48,037 nt of DNA, from the NCBI GenBank assembly GCA_040905425.1, contig JBBDRO010000100.1, forward strand, positions 184,402-232,438, given 5' to 3'. Source of the stretch: Gemmatimonadota bacterium. Lineage in GTDB: Bacteria; Gemmatimonadota; Gemmatimonadetes; Longimicrobiales; RSA9. Shown here one piece after another: positions 1 through 9,503 of the stretch; position 1 is the first letter of the stretch; each line of letters starts with the position of its first letter. The notes under the pieces are model-generated. The model worked only from the letters and a program-made list of their open reading frames with translations. It was not told where the DNA came from and made no database searches. A program made the position numbers and the translations under genes.

Positions 1-530
1 TCGAAGAGGGAGGCCATGCTCCAGTTCCAGCCCAGGTGCACGGCCGTGGCGAACCCCACGAACGTGCCCGCCACCAGTCCCAACCAGCCCACGAGCGTGC
101 CATCCTGGCCGCGGTAGCCCAGTCCGGCCGCCAGCGAGAGCAGGACCGCCACGACCAGCGCCCCGGCGCCGATGGCCAGGCCTATCCCCACTTCCCTGCC
201 CGTGCGCTCGGTCAGCGCGATGCCGAGCGCGCCCACGCTGCGGTGATCGATCCAGCGGATCAGCGCCGCGCCCGCCCCGAGCGCCGCCACGAGCATGAGC
301 GCAGAGCTGAGAAAGATGACGCCGAGCGAAGCGTCGGCGGCATCGGCTGACATGATTCCGGCCATCAGCAGCAGCAGAACGGCGGAGAACAGCAGGATGA
401 AGGCGGCCACGCGCGCCAGCGCACCACCCAGCGAACGCAGCGCCGCGCGGGGCGTGGCGGCACGCCCGACTTCTCCCAGGCCTCCCCACCCACCCGCCAC
501 GGTGGCCCGCTCCGCCCGTGCCTCGGTCAT
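1..530 (-). CDS. CPBP (CAAX/Abi) family intramembrane protease-like protein; 3'-truncated by window edge and apparently internally deleted
   Basis: Translated by hand from ATG at 530 (not in the ORF track because it has no stop). Several hydrophobic helices, then ...GTFVGFATAVHLGWNWSMASLF, which carries the CPBP HxxxN motif. The EExxxR and FxxxH motifs that should precede it are absent. Confidence 0.65.
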   Translation of the reverse strand, partial: MTEARAERATVAGGWGGLGEVGRAATPRAALRSLGGALARVAAFILLFSAVLLLLMAGIMSADAADASLGVIFLSSALMLVAALGAGAALIRWIDHRSVGALGIALTERTGREVGIGLAIGAGALVVAVLLSLAAGLGYRGQDGTLVGWLGLVAGTFVGFATAVHLGWNWSMASLF

Positions 531-550
531 AGCTGCAGAAAACCCCCGGC

Positions 551-1150
551 CTAGAGCAGGCCGAGGGTCCGCTTCCGCAGTCGGCGGGCCACCAGAAGGG
601 CCAGCAGACTCTTGAGCACGTCACCCACCACGAAGGGCGCCACCCCGAGCGCGAACGCGGCGGGGGGGTCACCCACGAGCAGGGTGAGCTGCGCCCAGCC
701 ACCCGCGAAGACCACGAGCGTGGCCAGGAAGATGGCGCCGAGGAGGCGCGCCGCGCCAGCCCATGAGCCGTCATCGCGGGCCCGCTGGGCCAACCAGCCG
801 GTGGCCGCCGCGGCGGCCGGGAAGGCCAGCAGATAGCCGCCGGTGGGCCCCATCAGGTAGGCCATCCCGAAGGCGCCGTTGGCAAAGACCGGCAGCCCCG
901 CGATGCCGGCCATCAGATAGAGCGCCTGGGACAGCGCGCCGAGGCGGGCGCCCAGCAGCAGCCCCGCCAGCGAGACCACCAGGGTCTGCATGGAGATCGG
1001 CACCGCGGTACCGGGAATGGGCACGGCCGCATGCGCGGACAGCGCCGTTGCCACGGCGAACAACGTCACCGCCAGAGCACGGCGCGCGCCCTTCTGCCGC
1101 ACCACCTCGGTGCCGGCAAGGGTCCGGATCTGGGTCATCACGTGGCTCAT
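551..1150 (-). CDS. bioY: Biotin transporter BioY
   Basis: [16 protein letters not shown] and [10 protein letters not shown] motifs; very hydrophobic. Start set at MSHVM (1150), after an SD-like GGAG. Confidence 0.92.
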   Translation of the reverse strand: MSHVMTQIRTLAGTEVVRQKGARRALAVTLFAVATALSAHAAVPIPGTAVPISMQTLVVSLAGLLLGARLGALSQALYLMAGIAGLPVFANGAFGMAYLMGPTGGYLLAFPAAAAATGWLAQRARDDGSWAGAARLLGAIFLATLVVFAGGWAQLTLLVGDPPAAFALGVAPFVVGDVLKSLLALLVARRLRKRTLGLL

Positions 1151-1194
1151 TTCAGGACTCCTCCAGCCAACCGGTTCAGGACTTCCAGTGCGCA

Positions 1195-2406
1195 TCAGAT
1201 GCGCTCAACGGAGAGGGCTACGGCGTCGCCGCCGCCCAGACAGAGGGTGGCGATGCCGGACTGTTTGTCGTGGCGCTCGAGGGCGTGCAGCAGCGTCACC
1301 AGGATACGGGTGCCCGAAGCGCCGATCGGGTGGCCGAGCGCCACGGCGCCGCCGTGCACGTTCACCCGGTCCCAGTCCCAGCCCAGCTCCTTGCCGTCCG
1401 CCAGCGCCTGCACGGCGAACGCCTCGTTGGCCTCGATCAGGTCATAGCTGCCAATGCTCTTGCCCTCGCGCTCCATGACCCGCCTTACGGCGGCTACGGG
1501 CGCGAAGAAGAGTTCCTTCGGCGCTACGGCGCCATTGGCGTAGGCGTTCACCCGTGCCAGCACGGTGAGGCCGTTGGCGCGCGCGTACTCGAGACTGGTC
1601 AGCATCACGGCCGCCGCGCCGTCGTTCAGACCCGGAGCGTTGCCGGCGGTGACGACCGGTTCGGTGACCTCAGGCGGCGCGTCGCCCGCGAACGCGGGAC
1701 GCAACCGACCGAGGGACTCCATGGAGGTGTCCCGGCGCGGCGGCTCGTCGGCGCCGACCGTCGTGGCCCCCTTGCGCCCCGGCACCTCCACCGGGACGAG
1801 CTCGGCATCGAACGCGCCCTCGTCCTGCGCGGCCACAGCCTTCTGGTGGGACTGGACCGAGAAGGTGTCGGCCTGCTCCCGGCTGATGCCCGCTTTCAGG
1901 GCCGTGTACTCGGCGTGCCCGCCCATGTGGCACGATTCGAAGGCGCAGTGCAGGCCGTCGAAGATGAGCCCGTCGATGAGCTCCTGGTTGCCGAACTTGA
2001 CCCCGTCGCGATGGCCGCGCAGGTAGTAGGGCACGTTGGACATGGACTCCATGCCCCCCGCCAGCATGACGCGCGCGTCGCCGGCGCGGATGGCCTGCGC
2101 GCCGAGCATGACGGCCTGCAACCCGGAGCCGCAGACGCGGCTCACGGCCATGGCGCCCACCGTGTCCGGGACGCCGCCGCGCAGCGCCGCCTGGCGGGCC
2201 GGCGCCTGGCCGAGACCGGCCGTGACCACGTTGCCCAGGATCACGTCATCGATATCCCCGGGCGTTACCCCCGAACGCTCGAGGAGCGCCCGGATGGCCA
2301 CCGCACCGAGCGCCGGTGCGGTCATGGGGGCCAGGCCCCCGAGAAAGCGGCCGATCGGCGTGCGCACGGCGCCCACCAGGACCGCGGTTCGTGCTGGATC
2401 GCTCAT
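1195..2406 (-). CDS. Acetyl-CoA C-acetyltransferase (thiolase)
   Basis: RTPIG, VCGSG (catalytic Cys), [13 protein letters not shown] and CLGGG thiolase motifs. Confidence 0.96.
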   Translation of the reverse strand: MSDPARTAVLVGAVRTPIGRFLGGLAPMTAPALGAVAIRALLERSGVTPGDIDDVILGNVVTAGLGQAPARQAALRGGVPDTVGAMAVSRVCGSGLQAVMLGAQAIRAGDARVMLAGGMESMSNVPYYLRGHRDGVKFGNQELIDGLIFDGLHCAFESCHMGGHAEYTALKAGISREQADTFSVQSHQKAVAAQDEGAFDAELVPVEVPGRKGATTVGADEPPRRDTSMESLGRLRPAFAGDAPPEVTEPVVTAGNAPGLNDGAAAVMLTSLEYARANGLTVLARVNAYANGAVAPKELFFAPVAAVRRVMEREGKSIGSYDLIEANEAFAVQALADGKELGWDWDRVNVHGGAVALGHPIGASGTRILVTLLHALERHDKQSGIATLCLGGGDAVALSVERI

Positions 2407-2470
2407 CTATCTCCTCCCGGTTCCGTCCACTTCCACCCAGGGCAATAACATATCCGGCGGGGGGACGGTC

Positions 2471-2576
2471 GGCTACCCTGCGGGGAGGTGTCATCCGCCT
2501 GATCGCCTGGCCGTACGGAGCGACCTTCGTCGCCCGCGGGCTACCCTGCGGGGGTGCTTTCGTCCGCCCGCAGGGT
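2471..2576. repeat. 15-bp direct repeat plus an inverted copy in the MBL-thiolase junction
   Basis: GGCTACCCTGCGGGG at 2471-2485 and 2539-2553. CCCGCAGGGT at 2567-2576 is the reverse complement of the core ACCCTGCGGG. Confidence 0.55.
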
Positions 2577-3428
2577 GGGTCGCGCGGCGTCTGGATCGAG
2601 GCGCCCCCAGGGGGTGACGGGGTCGTGCTCGAAGACCAGGAGCCAGTCCTCCCGCGCCGCCTCCTCCAGAATCGCGCGCTTGCTCTCCAGGGTGACCAGC
2701 GGCTCCACGTCGTAACCCATGATCCAGGCCATCGGCATGTGGGCGGTGGTGGGCATCACGTCCGCCAGGAAGCACGCGGTCTCGCCCTCGGAGCGGATGA
2801 GGACCGAAGCGTGGTGCGGCGTGTGCCCAGGCGTGCGACGATAGCACACGCCCGGGACGATCTCGGCGTCCCCTTCCAGCAGCTCGAGCCGCCCCGCCTC
2901 CATCACCGGATCGAAATTGTGGGCCAGGTAGCTGGCCCGGATGCGCTCGTTGTCCACGTGGGCGTATTCGAACTCGCCGCGCTGGGCCACGTAGCGGGCA
3001 CGCGGGAAGGAGAGGCGGATCTGCCCGTCCTCGTCGCGGTAGGTATTGCCCCCCGCGTGGTCGAAGTGCAGATGCGTGTCCACCACCACGTCCACGTCAT
3101 CGGGCGCGAAGCCAGCGGCCCGGATGGCATCCTCCAGCCGGGTGGGCGCGCCGGCGTTCTGGATGCCGTAGATCTCCTCGAACTTCTCGGCTTCCTTGTT
3201 GCCCGCCCCGTTGTCCACGAGCACCAGGGCATCGGGCGTCTCCACGAGCAGGCAGCGCATGGCCAGCGGAATGCGGTTCCGCTCGTCGGCGGGGATGCGC
3301 CGTTCCCAGAGCGGCTTCGGCACCACGCCGAACATGGCGCCGCCGTCCAGCCGCTGGGAGCCGCCGTCGAGCGCATGGATGCGAAACGCGCCGACCGTGC
3401 GCGTGAGGGCAAGGGGGGCGTCACTCAT
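2541..3428 (-). CDS. MBL-fold metallo-hydrolase (YtnP-like)
   Basis: LDGGAMFGVVPKPLW, THLHFDHAGG (HxHxDH), TPGHTPHH and FEHDP motifs. Start at MSDAP overlaps the end of the upstream gene. Confidence 0.9.
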   Translation of the reverse strand: MSDAPLALTRTVGAFRIHALDGGSQRLDGGAMFGVVPKPLWERRIPADERNRIPLAMRCLLVETPDALVLVDNGAGNKEAEKFEEIYGIQNAGAPTRLEDAIRAAGFAPDDVDVVVDTHLHFDHAGGNTYRDEDGQIRLSFPRARYVAQRGEFEYAHVDNERIRASYLAHNFDPVMEAGRLELLEGDAEIVPGVCYRRTPGHTPHHASVLIRSEGETACFLADVMPTTAHMPMAWIMGYDVEPLVTLESKRAILEEAAREDWLLVFEHDPVTPWGRLDPDAARPTLRADESTPAG

Positions 3429-4314
3429 GCTGCTCTCCATGTACGATCTCCATGGGCGCGTCCCGCATGGACACCGGCGAGGCGCGGCCGCGCCGCGGGC
3501 GGCGGGGCGCACGGCGCGCCAGCAGCGTCTCGAGCGCGCCCCAGGTCTCCACCTCCCGCTCCAGGCACCGCTCCAGCAGCCGCTCCAGCACCGTGGCCGT
3601 GGCACGGGCGTCTCCGTAGGCCCGGTGCCGGGCGTCGTTGGCAATGCCGAAGAAGTGGGCCAGCGCGTCCAGCGAGCGGCGCGGGATCTCCGGCACCACC
3701 TGGCGAGCCAGCCGCACCGTACAGAGCTGACGGGTGCGCAGTTGCGGCGCACCCGCGCGCGTCAGCTCCGCGTTCACGAAGCGCCAGTCGAAGCCCGCGT
3801 TGTGCGCCACGAACACGGCGCCGTCGAGGACGCGGCCGAGCTCCCCCTGGACCGCGGCGAAGCGGGGCGCCCCGGCCACCATGGCGGAGGTGATGCACGT
3901 GAGCCGCGTGATGAAGGGGGGGATGGGCCGCTCCGGATTCACCAGTGTGGTGAACTCGTCGAGCACCGTGCCATCGCCGCGCACGCGCACGGCGGCCACC
4001 TCCGTGACGCGGTGCCCTCGGGTAGCGGAGGTGCCGGTGGTCTCCACGTCCACCACCGCGTACTCCAGTTCCCGCAGCCGGTCCTCGGGGCCGGCCGGCC
4101 GCCGCTCCGTGCGCACCGCGTAGAGCGGCGGTGCTGCGCGGACCGGGGCCAGCGCAATGCGGATGCCACGCTCGGTACGGCGACTGGCGTCCACCAGGAA
4201 GCGGCCGCCAAGGAGGGTCGAGGCGTCGGGCGCGGAGCCGTCCTCCGGTGGCTCGGCGGGGCCGCCGTCGCTTTGAAATTGCCGCGCCGGACCCGTCCCC
4301 CCGCCGCTCACCAC
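3421..4314 (-). CDS. DnaQ-like DEDDh 3'-5' exonuclease
   Basis: VVDVETTG (ExoI), FVAHNAGFD (ExoII) and HRAYGDA (ExoIII). Exact start uncertain. Confidence 0.9.
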   Translation of the reverse strand: MVSGGGTGPARQFQSDGGPAEPPEDGSAPDASTLLGGRFLVDASRRTERGIRIALAPVRAAPPLYAVRTERRPAGPEDRLRELEYAVVDVETTGTSATRGHRVTEVAAVRVRGDGTVLDEFTTLVNPERPIPPFITRLTCITSAMVAGAPRFAAVQGELGRVLDGAVFVAHNAGFDWRFVNAELTRAGAPQLRTRQLCTVRLARQVVPEIPRRSLDALAHFFGIANDARHRAYGDARATATVLERLLERCLEREVETWGALETLLARRAPRRPRRGRASPVSMRDAPMEIVHGEQHE

Positions 4315-5552
4315 GCCTCGGCGCGGCGGACGGGCAGCGTCATGCAGCGGCCGCCCCCGCCACCACGCACCAGCTCCGAACCCTCGAAGGTGATGACCGC
4401 ACGCTCGTCATCCTCCAGCTCCGCCTCACCGGTCAGGAACTCCACGCCATCCAGAATCCGGTATCCCCCCTGGCTGGCCATGGCCTCGTACGTGTGCTCG
4501 TTGCGCGAATAACCGAGCACCACGCCCGGGCGCACCGCCACGAAGTTGCAGCCGCTGGACCACTGCTCGCGCTCCTGATCGGTACGGCGCGGGCCGCCGC
4601 ACCAGATGGGCTCCAACGGCAGATCCACCTCCCGCAGCGCGGCAAACAGGTCCGGCATCTCGCGCATGCCCTCCCGGCCCGCCCGGTAATGCAGGATGGG
4701 GATGCGCGCCGGGCCGACGAAATTGGGCGGGTATACCACGCAGTGCTCCCGGTCCACGACGGTGAAGATCATGTCCAGGTGGATCATGGCCCGGTCGGTG
4801 GGGATGATGGCCACGATGATGTCCCGGATGCCCTGCTCCTGCACCAGCCGCTCGGCGAGCGCGTCGAAGGCGCCAGGGCTGGACCGCTCCGAGAGACCCA
4901 TGAGCACGAGGTCGTGCCGCAGGATGTGCAGGTCACCGCCCTCGATGGTGTAGCCCGGGCGACGCTCCTCACTGCCGTCGTAGATCACGCTCGCGGAGGA
5001 GAGGAGCGGGTGGTAGGTGAAGAGCGCCTTCATCAGGATCTCCTCGGTCCAGCGCACCGTGTAGCGCATGGAGCCGATGACCACCCCGCTGTTCAACACC
5101 ATGCCCGCGTCCCGGGTGAAGAAAAGATTGGGCAGCGGCGGCAGCTCGTAGGTGTCCACGTTGAGCAGGCGTTGCAGGGGACCCTCCGCTTCGGCGCGGC
5201 CCTCCACGAAGAGGGCCACGAGCGCCGCGGGATCCAGCTCCATCAGCCGCTTGGCGAGCGGCTCGGAGCGCGCCACCTGCATGACGTGCTCGATGAGGAA
5301 CGACCGCATTTCGTCCACCCCCGCGATATCCTCCAGCAGGTCGCGCACCTCGTGCACCTCGGAGAAGCGGCCCAGGAGGGCCTTGAACCGCTGGTGCTCG
5401 CGGCGGGCCTGCTCCAGGTCGATGATGTCATCGTAGAGGAAGTCCTGCCGGTTGCTGGGCGTGACGGCCAGGAGTTCGGGGCCGGGGGTGTGGCACACCA
5501 CCGACTCCAGGGCGCCGATCTCGGATGTGACGTGCACGTCGGCCTTGCTCAT
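4308..5552 (-). CDS. arcA: Arginine deiminase
   Basis: VTSEIG, LPNLFFTRD, IEGGD, HLDM, REQW and ELVRGGGGGRCMT motifs. Confidence 0.93.
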   Translation of the reverse strand: MSKADVHVTSEIGALESVVCHTPGPELLAVTPSNRQDFLYDDIIDLEQARREHQRFKALLGRFSEVHEVRDLLEDIAGVDEMRSFLIEHVMQVARSEPLAKRLMELDPAALVALFVEGRAEAEGPLQRLLNVDTYELPPLPNLFFTRDAGMVLNSGVVIGSMRYTVRWTEEILMKALFTYHPLLSSASVIYDGSEERRPGYTIEGGDLHILRHDLVLMGLSERSSPGAFDALAERLVQEQGIRDIIVAIIPTDRAMIHLDMIFTVVDREHCVVYPPNFVGPARIPILHYRAGREGMREMPDLFAALREVDLPLEPIWCGGPRRTDQEREQWSSGCNFVAVRPGVVLGYSRNEHTYEAMASQGGYRILDGVEFLTGEAELEDDERAVITFEGSELVRGGGGGRCMTLPVRRAEAW

Positions 5553-5587
5553 GCCCCTCCCGGGTTCCTCGACCGCTGGCGCGGTGC

Positions 5588-6238
5588 TCAGCTGGCGGCG
5601 CGGCGGGGGGTGGGGCGCTCCTGGTTCGCGAGCGCGAAGGAGAGCCCCTCCATTTCCGCGGCCATGTTCACGTTCTTCAAGGCCACCCCGGCCGGCACCC
5701 GCAGCTTGACGGGGGCAAAGTTCAACACCGCGCGCACCCCGGCCGCCACCACGCGGTCCACCACGTCCTGCGCCGCTTCCGCGGGTACGGCCACGATGGC
5801 AATGTCGATCTCCCCGGCGGCCACCGCAGACTCCAGTTCCCGGTCGGTACGGACCCGGTGGCCCTGGAAGCTGCGTCCCACCTTGTTGTCATCCGCGTCG
5901 AAGACGGCATCGATGAGGAAGCCCTGGCGGCGGAAGTCGGCGTAGCCCAGGAGAGCCGCACCGATCCGGCCGGCCCCCACCAGCGCCACGCGCCACGTGC
6001 GCCCCAGCCCCAGGATGGCGCGCAGCTGGGCCACCAACTCGGGCACCGGATAGCCGGTGCCCCGCTTGCCGAACGTTCCGAACACGGACAGGTCCTTGCG
6101 CACCTGGGCCGCCGTGGTGGCGCAGCGCTTGGCCAGTTCACCACTGGACAGCGTGCGCACGTCGTCCGTGGCCACGTCCTCGAGCACCCGAAGGTACAAC
6201 GAGAGGCGCGCGACCGTCGAGGAGGACACCTTTTTCAT
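5588..6238 (-). CDS. rex: Redox-sensing transcriptional repressor Rex
   Basis: RLSLY, QVRKDLSVFGTFGKRGTGY wing, GAGRIG Rossmann motif, NFAP. Start at MKKVS. Confidence 0.95.
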   Translation of the reverse strand: MKKVSSSTVARLSLYLRVLEDVATDDVRTLSSGELAKRCATTAAQVRKDLSVFGTFGKRGTGYPVPELVAQLRAILGLGRTWRVALVGAGRIGAALLGYADFRRQGFLIDAVFDADDNKVGRSFQGHRVRTDRELESAVAAGEIDIAIVAVPAEAAQDVVDRVVAAGVRAVLNFAPVKLRVPAGVALKNVNMAAEMEGLSFALANQERPTPRRAAS

Positions 6239-6273
6239 GGCTCGGGATCCCGCCGGAGGGGGCCGACCCCCTC

Positions 6274-6291
6274 TTGTGAAAGGGTTCACAA
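6274..6291. promoter_or_regulatory. Rex operator (ROP)
   Basis: TTGTGAA-AGGG-TTCACAA matches the established TTGTGAA-N4-TTCACAA Rex consensus exactly and lies 35 bp upstream of rex. Confidence 0.93.
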
Positions 6292-6293
6292 GC

Positions 6294-6322
6294 AAGGTAG
6301 AGGCGCGGGATTGGGGCGTCAA
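6294..6322 (-). promoter_or_regulatory. sigma70-type promoter of the rex operon
   Basis: TTGACG (6322-6317), 17-bp spacer, TACCTT (6299-6294). The predicted +1 falls inside the Rex operator. Confidence 0.7.
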
Positions 6323-6344
6323 CGATGCGGCTATGCGAATCCCG

Positions 6345-7034
6345 CTAGGGCTGCGCCCCCGGCAGCGTCAGGCGCAGCGTGCCACGCTCGTCCAGTTCCA
6401 ACACCCCGTTCATCCGTGCCGCCAGGCGGCGCGCGGCCAGCACGCGCAGCCCGGCGCCGGTGCGGATTTCGGCCGCCGTGAGCGGCGCGTCCACGGCGGG
6501 ATCGAGCGGGGTGTCCGCGAGCGTGATGTGCACCATGTCGGCGGCGCCCCTTGCGGCGCGCAGGCTGAACCTCCCGCTGGCCGCGGTCTTGAACAACGCA
6601 CCCACCAGGAGCTCCAACAGTGCACGAAGGGCGGCGGGGTCGCAGCGCACCAGCAGCCGCGCCGTTGGCAGGTCCACGTCGAGGTGCAGGCCGCGTGCGC
6701 GCGCGTCCTCCTGCGCCACCGGCGCGAGCGCCTCGAGCACGGTGGACACGTCGAAGGCCGCGGCGCCCACCGCCGGCTCCTGGCTGTCGGCATCGAGCAG
6801 ATCCAGACCGTCCACCAGCGAGAGCAGCTGGCGCGCGGAGCGGCCGATGCGGCGCACGGCGTCATCGATGCCCTTCGGCAGGGGTCCGTAGACGCCGTCC
6901 TCCATGAGCTCCTGGTACCCCAGAATGGCGGCCAGGGGCGTGCGCAGTTCGTGGGCAACCACGTCGATGAGGCCGCGGCCCCGTATCGGCCCGTCCTCGT
7001 CGTAGCGGCCGTCGCCCTTCCGCTCGGGGCTCAA
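6345..7034 (-). CDS. Sensor-less HisKA-domain protein with degenerate HATPase domain
   Basis: H-box VAHELRTPLAAILGY is intact. N-, G1- and F-boxes are degenerate and G2 reads GAGLRV. Confidence 0.75.
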   Translation of the reverse strand: MSPERKGDGRYDEDGPIRGRGLIDVVAHELRTPLAAILGYQELMEDGVYGPLPKGIDDAVRRIGRSARQLLSLVDGLDLLDADSQEPAVGAAAFDVSTVLEALAPVAQEDARARGLHLDVDLPTARLLVRCDPAALRALLELLVGALFKTAASGRFSLRAARGAADMVHITLADTPLDPAVDAPLTAAEIRTGAGLRVLAARRLAARMNGVLELDERGTLRLTLPGAQP

Positions 7035-7906
7035 AGGCTGCCCCCCTCGAGCGGCCGGCCGCGCCCGCGCAGAGCGCGCGCCAACTCGATGAAGGTCTCG
7101 GGCGCCAGCGTCTCTGGCCGTGCTTCAGCGGCCACCCCAGCCCGGTCCAGTACGGCCACAGCTTCGGCGCGCTCCAGGGCCATTTCGGGAGCGCTCCGTA
7201 GCGTCTTCTGCAGCTGTTTGCGGCGCCGGCCGAACGCCGCCCGGGTGAGCACGCGCACGTCCCGGCGTTCCGCCGCCGTGAGCAGCGGCGGATCGTGGGG
7301 CACCAGGCGCACCACCGCCGAGTCCACGCCCGGCACCGGCCGGAACGCCCCTCGTCCCACATGGAAGAGCCGCTCCACGCTGGCCACCGTCCGCACCCCC
7401 ACGGTGAGGGCGCCGTACGCACCGGTACCCGGGGACGCGGCCAGGCGCTCGGCCACTTCCTTCTGCACCATGAGTACGATGCGCTCGGGGGCCAGCTCCG
7501 GTTCGAGGAGACGGAAGATCAGCGGTGAGGTGATGTTGTAGGGGATGTTGCCCACTACGCGCAGGTTGGGCAGGCTCTGTCCCGCGCCGGCCAGTTCGGC
7601 CAGCGCCCGGCCGGTGAATTCCTCGAGCGGCGCCTCCAGGGCATCGTCGTGGATCACGCGGACGTCGGCACGGTCGTGATAGCGGGATTCGAGGGCGTCG
7701 GCCAGCGCGTCATCCAGTTCCACGAGCAGGAGGCGGCCGGCCGCCGCGGCGAGTAGCTCGGTGAGCGCGCCCCGCCCGGGCCCGATCTCCAGTACCACCG
7801 TGCGCGGTCCGGGCTCCACCGCGGCCACGATGCGGCGCTGCTGGTTCGGATCCACCAGGAAGTTCTGCCCCAGCGAGCGCTTGGCGTGCCCATGGGCCGC
7901 GCTCAC
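7031..7906 (-). CDS. rsmA: 16S rRNA m6,2A dimethyltransferase RsmA/KsgA
   Basis: KRSLGQNFL, LEIGPGRGALT, GNIPYNIT and MVQKEVAER motifs. GTG start at 7906 after GAGGTG. Confidence 0.95.
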   Translation of the reverse strand: MSAAHGHAKRSLGQNFLVDPNQQRRIVAAVEPGPRTVVLEIGPGRGALTELLAAAAGRLLLVELDDALADALESRYHDRADVRVIHDDALEAPLEEFTGRALAELAGAGQSLPNLRVVGNIPYNITSPLIFRLLEPELAPERIVLMVQKEVAERLAASPGTGAYGALTVGVRTVASVERLFHVGRGAFRPVPGVDSAVVRLVPHDPPLLTAAERRDVRVLTRAAFGRRRKQLQKTLRSAPEMALERAEAVAVLDRAGVAAEARPETLAPETFIELARALRGRGRPLEGGSL

Positions 7907-7940
7907 CGGTCCACCTCTCGGCCCGGATCCCGCGCGGCCA

Positions 7941-9503
7941 TCACCGGCGGACCAGCAGCGCGGTCCGGTCATCAGCGGGGGTATGCAGCTCCGCCGCGGC
8001 CGCCGCGTCGAAGAGCGCGGCCAGCACATCCTCCAGCGGCTCGTGGAAGCGGCTGCGGACTCGCTCCACCAGGGCGCGCTCCCCGCTGCCCGCGTCGCCG
8101 GGGTGGGCCAGCGCGTCCGAGAGACCGTCGGTGAACAGGCAGAGGATGTCACCCGCCACCCACGCCGTTTCGGCCTCACCGTAGCCGTCCAGCGGCAGTA
8201 TGCCCATGGGCGGATCGGTGGCGCCCAGGCGCTCGGTAGCGCCGTCCCCCGACAGGCGAAAGACGTGCGGATGGCCGGCGTTGGCATAGACCATCCGCCC
8301 GGCGCTGGGGTCCAGGACCGCGTAGAAGAGCGTCATGTACATCTCGGTGGACTCCAGCTCGTCCATGAGCGCACGATGCACGCTCTTGAGCACCTCCCCG
8401 GGGGGACCGGACTCCTGCGCGTAGATGCCCAGCGCACTCATGGTCAGCGCCATGATGAGCGCGGCGGAGAAGCCGTGACTGGAAACGTCCCCGATCATGA
8501 TGCCCAGCCGATCCCCGGGCAGCCGGAAGAGCTGGTAGAAATCGCCGCCCACCGAGTCCGCCGGGGTGCAGCGCGCGGCCACCTCCGGCGGCGGATGGAA
8601 GGAGCTCGGGTCCGGCAGGAGCTTCAGCTGCAGGTCGTGCGCAAGCTCCAGCTCCCGCACGAGCCGCTCCTGGCGCAGGCTCTCCTGCACCAGCCGCTGC
8701 GTCTCCAGCGCCGCGCCCACCTGGCTGGCAATGGCGGACAGCAGCCGCGCATCCCCCGCGCTGAAGCGCACGTTGCTGCGCCGGCCCACCAGCGTGATGA
8801 CTCCCACGTTGCGGGCCTCCCCGTCCGGCGGCGTATAGTTGATGGGCACCGACAGGAAGGCCTCCCTGCCCTGCGGGCGAGGCTCCAGCCGGGGCAGTTC
8901 CGGCAGCACCGTGTCCCGCTCCAGGTTCAGGGACTCGCGCTGGCGGAACACCCAGGCGGTGGCGGATTCGGGATCGTCCACGCTGATGGGCCCCCGCAGA
9001 CCCTCCTCACCCACGGCCGCCGCCAGGTCCAGGAGGCGCTCCGCCGGGCGGTAGACCCACAGCGACGCTCGCCGCGCGCCCAGCACGTCGGAGACCTCGA
9101 CCAGGATGCGGCTGGCGGCATCGGGGATGGAGAGGACCGATCCCAGGATCTCGCTGATGAAGTAAAGGAGATTGATCTCCTCGTAGCGTTCGGTGAGTTC
9201 CCGGGCGGCCGAGTGGGCCTCCTGCTCGTAGAGCAGCGCCCGACCGACGACGGCGGCCAGATAATCGGCCTCGCGGTCCGCGTCGGGGCCCGCCACCTCA
9301 ACCGCCCAGGCGTCATCGCTCACCTCCGGCGGCAGATCCTGCCGCACGGCGCCATCCCGCGGCTGGTGACCGGCCGCCCCATCACCGGGATAGACCTCCC
9401 GCCACTGGTCATCGCGCAGGCGCAGCAGCCGCACCGTACCGGCGCCGGTGCGCGCGCGCGCGGCCATCAACTCCCGCACTCCGGGGGGCAGCTGCGTGCT
9501 CAC
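7941..9503 (-). CDS. GAF + PP2C/SpoIIE phosphatase (RsbU-like)
   Basis: GAF domain followed by VGGDFY, GDVSSHG, NAGH, FTDG and DDRT catalytic motifs. Confidence 0.9.
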   Translation of the reverse strand: MSTQLPPGVRELMAARARTGAGTVRLLRLRDDQWREVYPGDGAAGHQPRDGAVRQDLPPEVSDDAWAVEVAGPDADREADYLAAVVGRALLYEQEAHSAARELTERYEEINLLYFISEILGSVLSIPDAASRILVEVSDVLGARRASLWVYRPAERLLDLAAAVGEEGLRGPISVDDPESATAWVFRQRESLNLERDTVLPELPRLEPRPQGREAFLSVPINYTPPDGEARNVGVITLVGRRSNVRFSAGDARLLSAIASQVGAALETQRLVQESLRQERLVRELELAHDLQLKLLPDPSSFHPPPEVAARCTPADSVGGDFYQLFRLPGDRLGIMIGDVSSHGFSAALIMALTMSALGIYAQESGPPGEVLKSVHRALMDELESTEMYMTLFYAVLDPSAGRMVYANAGHPHVFRLSGDGATERLGATDPPMGILPLDGYGEAETAWVAGDILCLFTDGLSDALAHPGDAGSGERALVERVRSRFHEPLEDVLAALFDAAAAAELHTPADDRTALLVRR

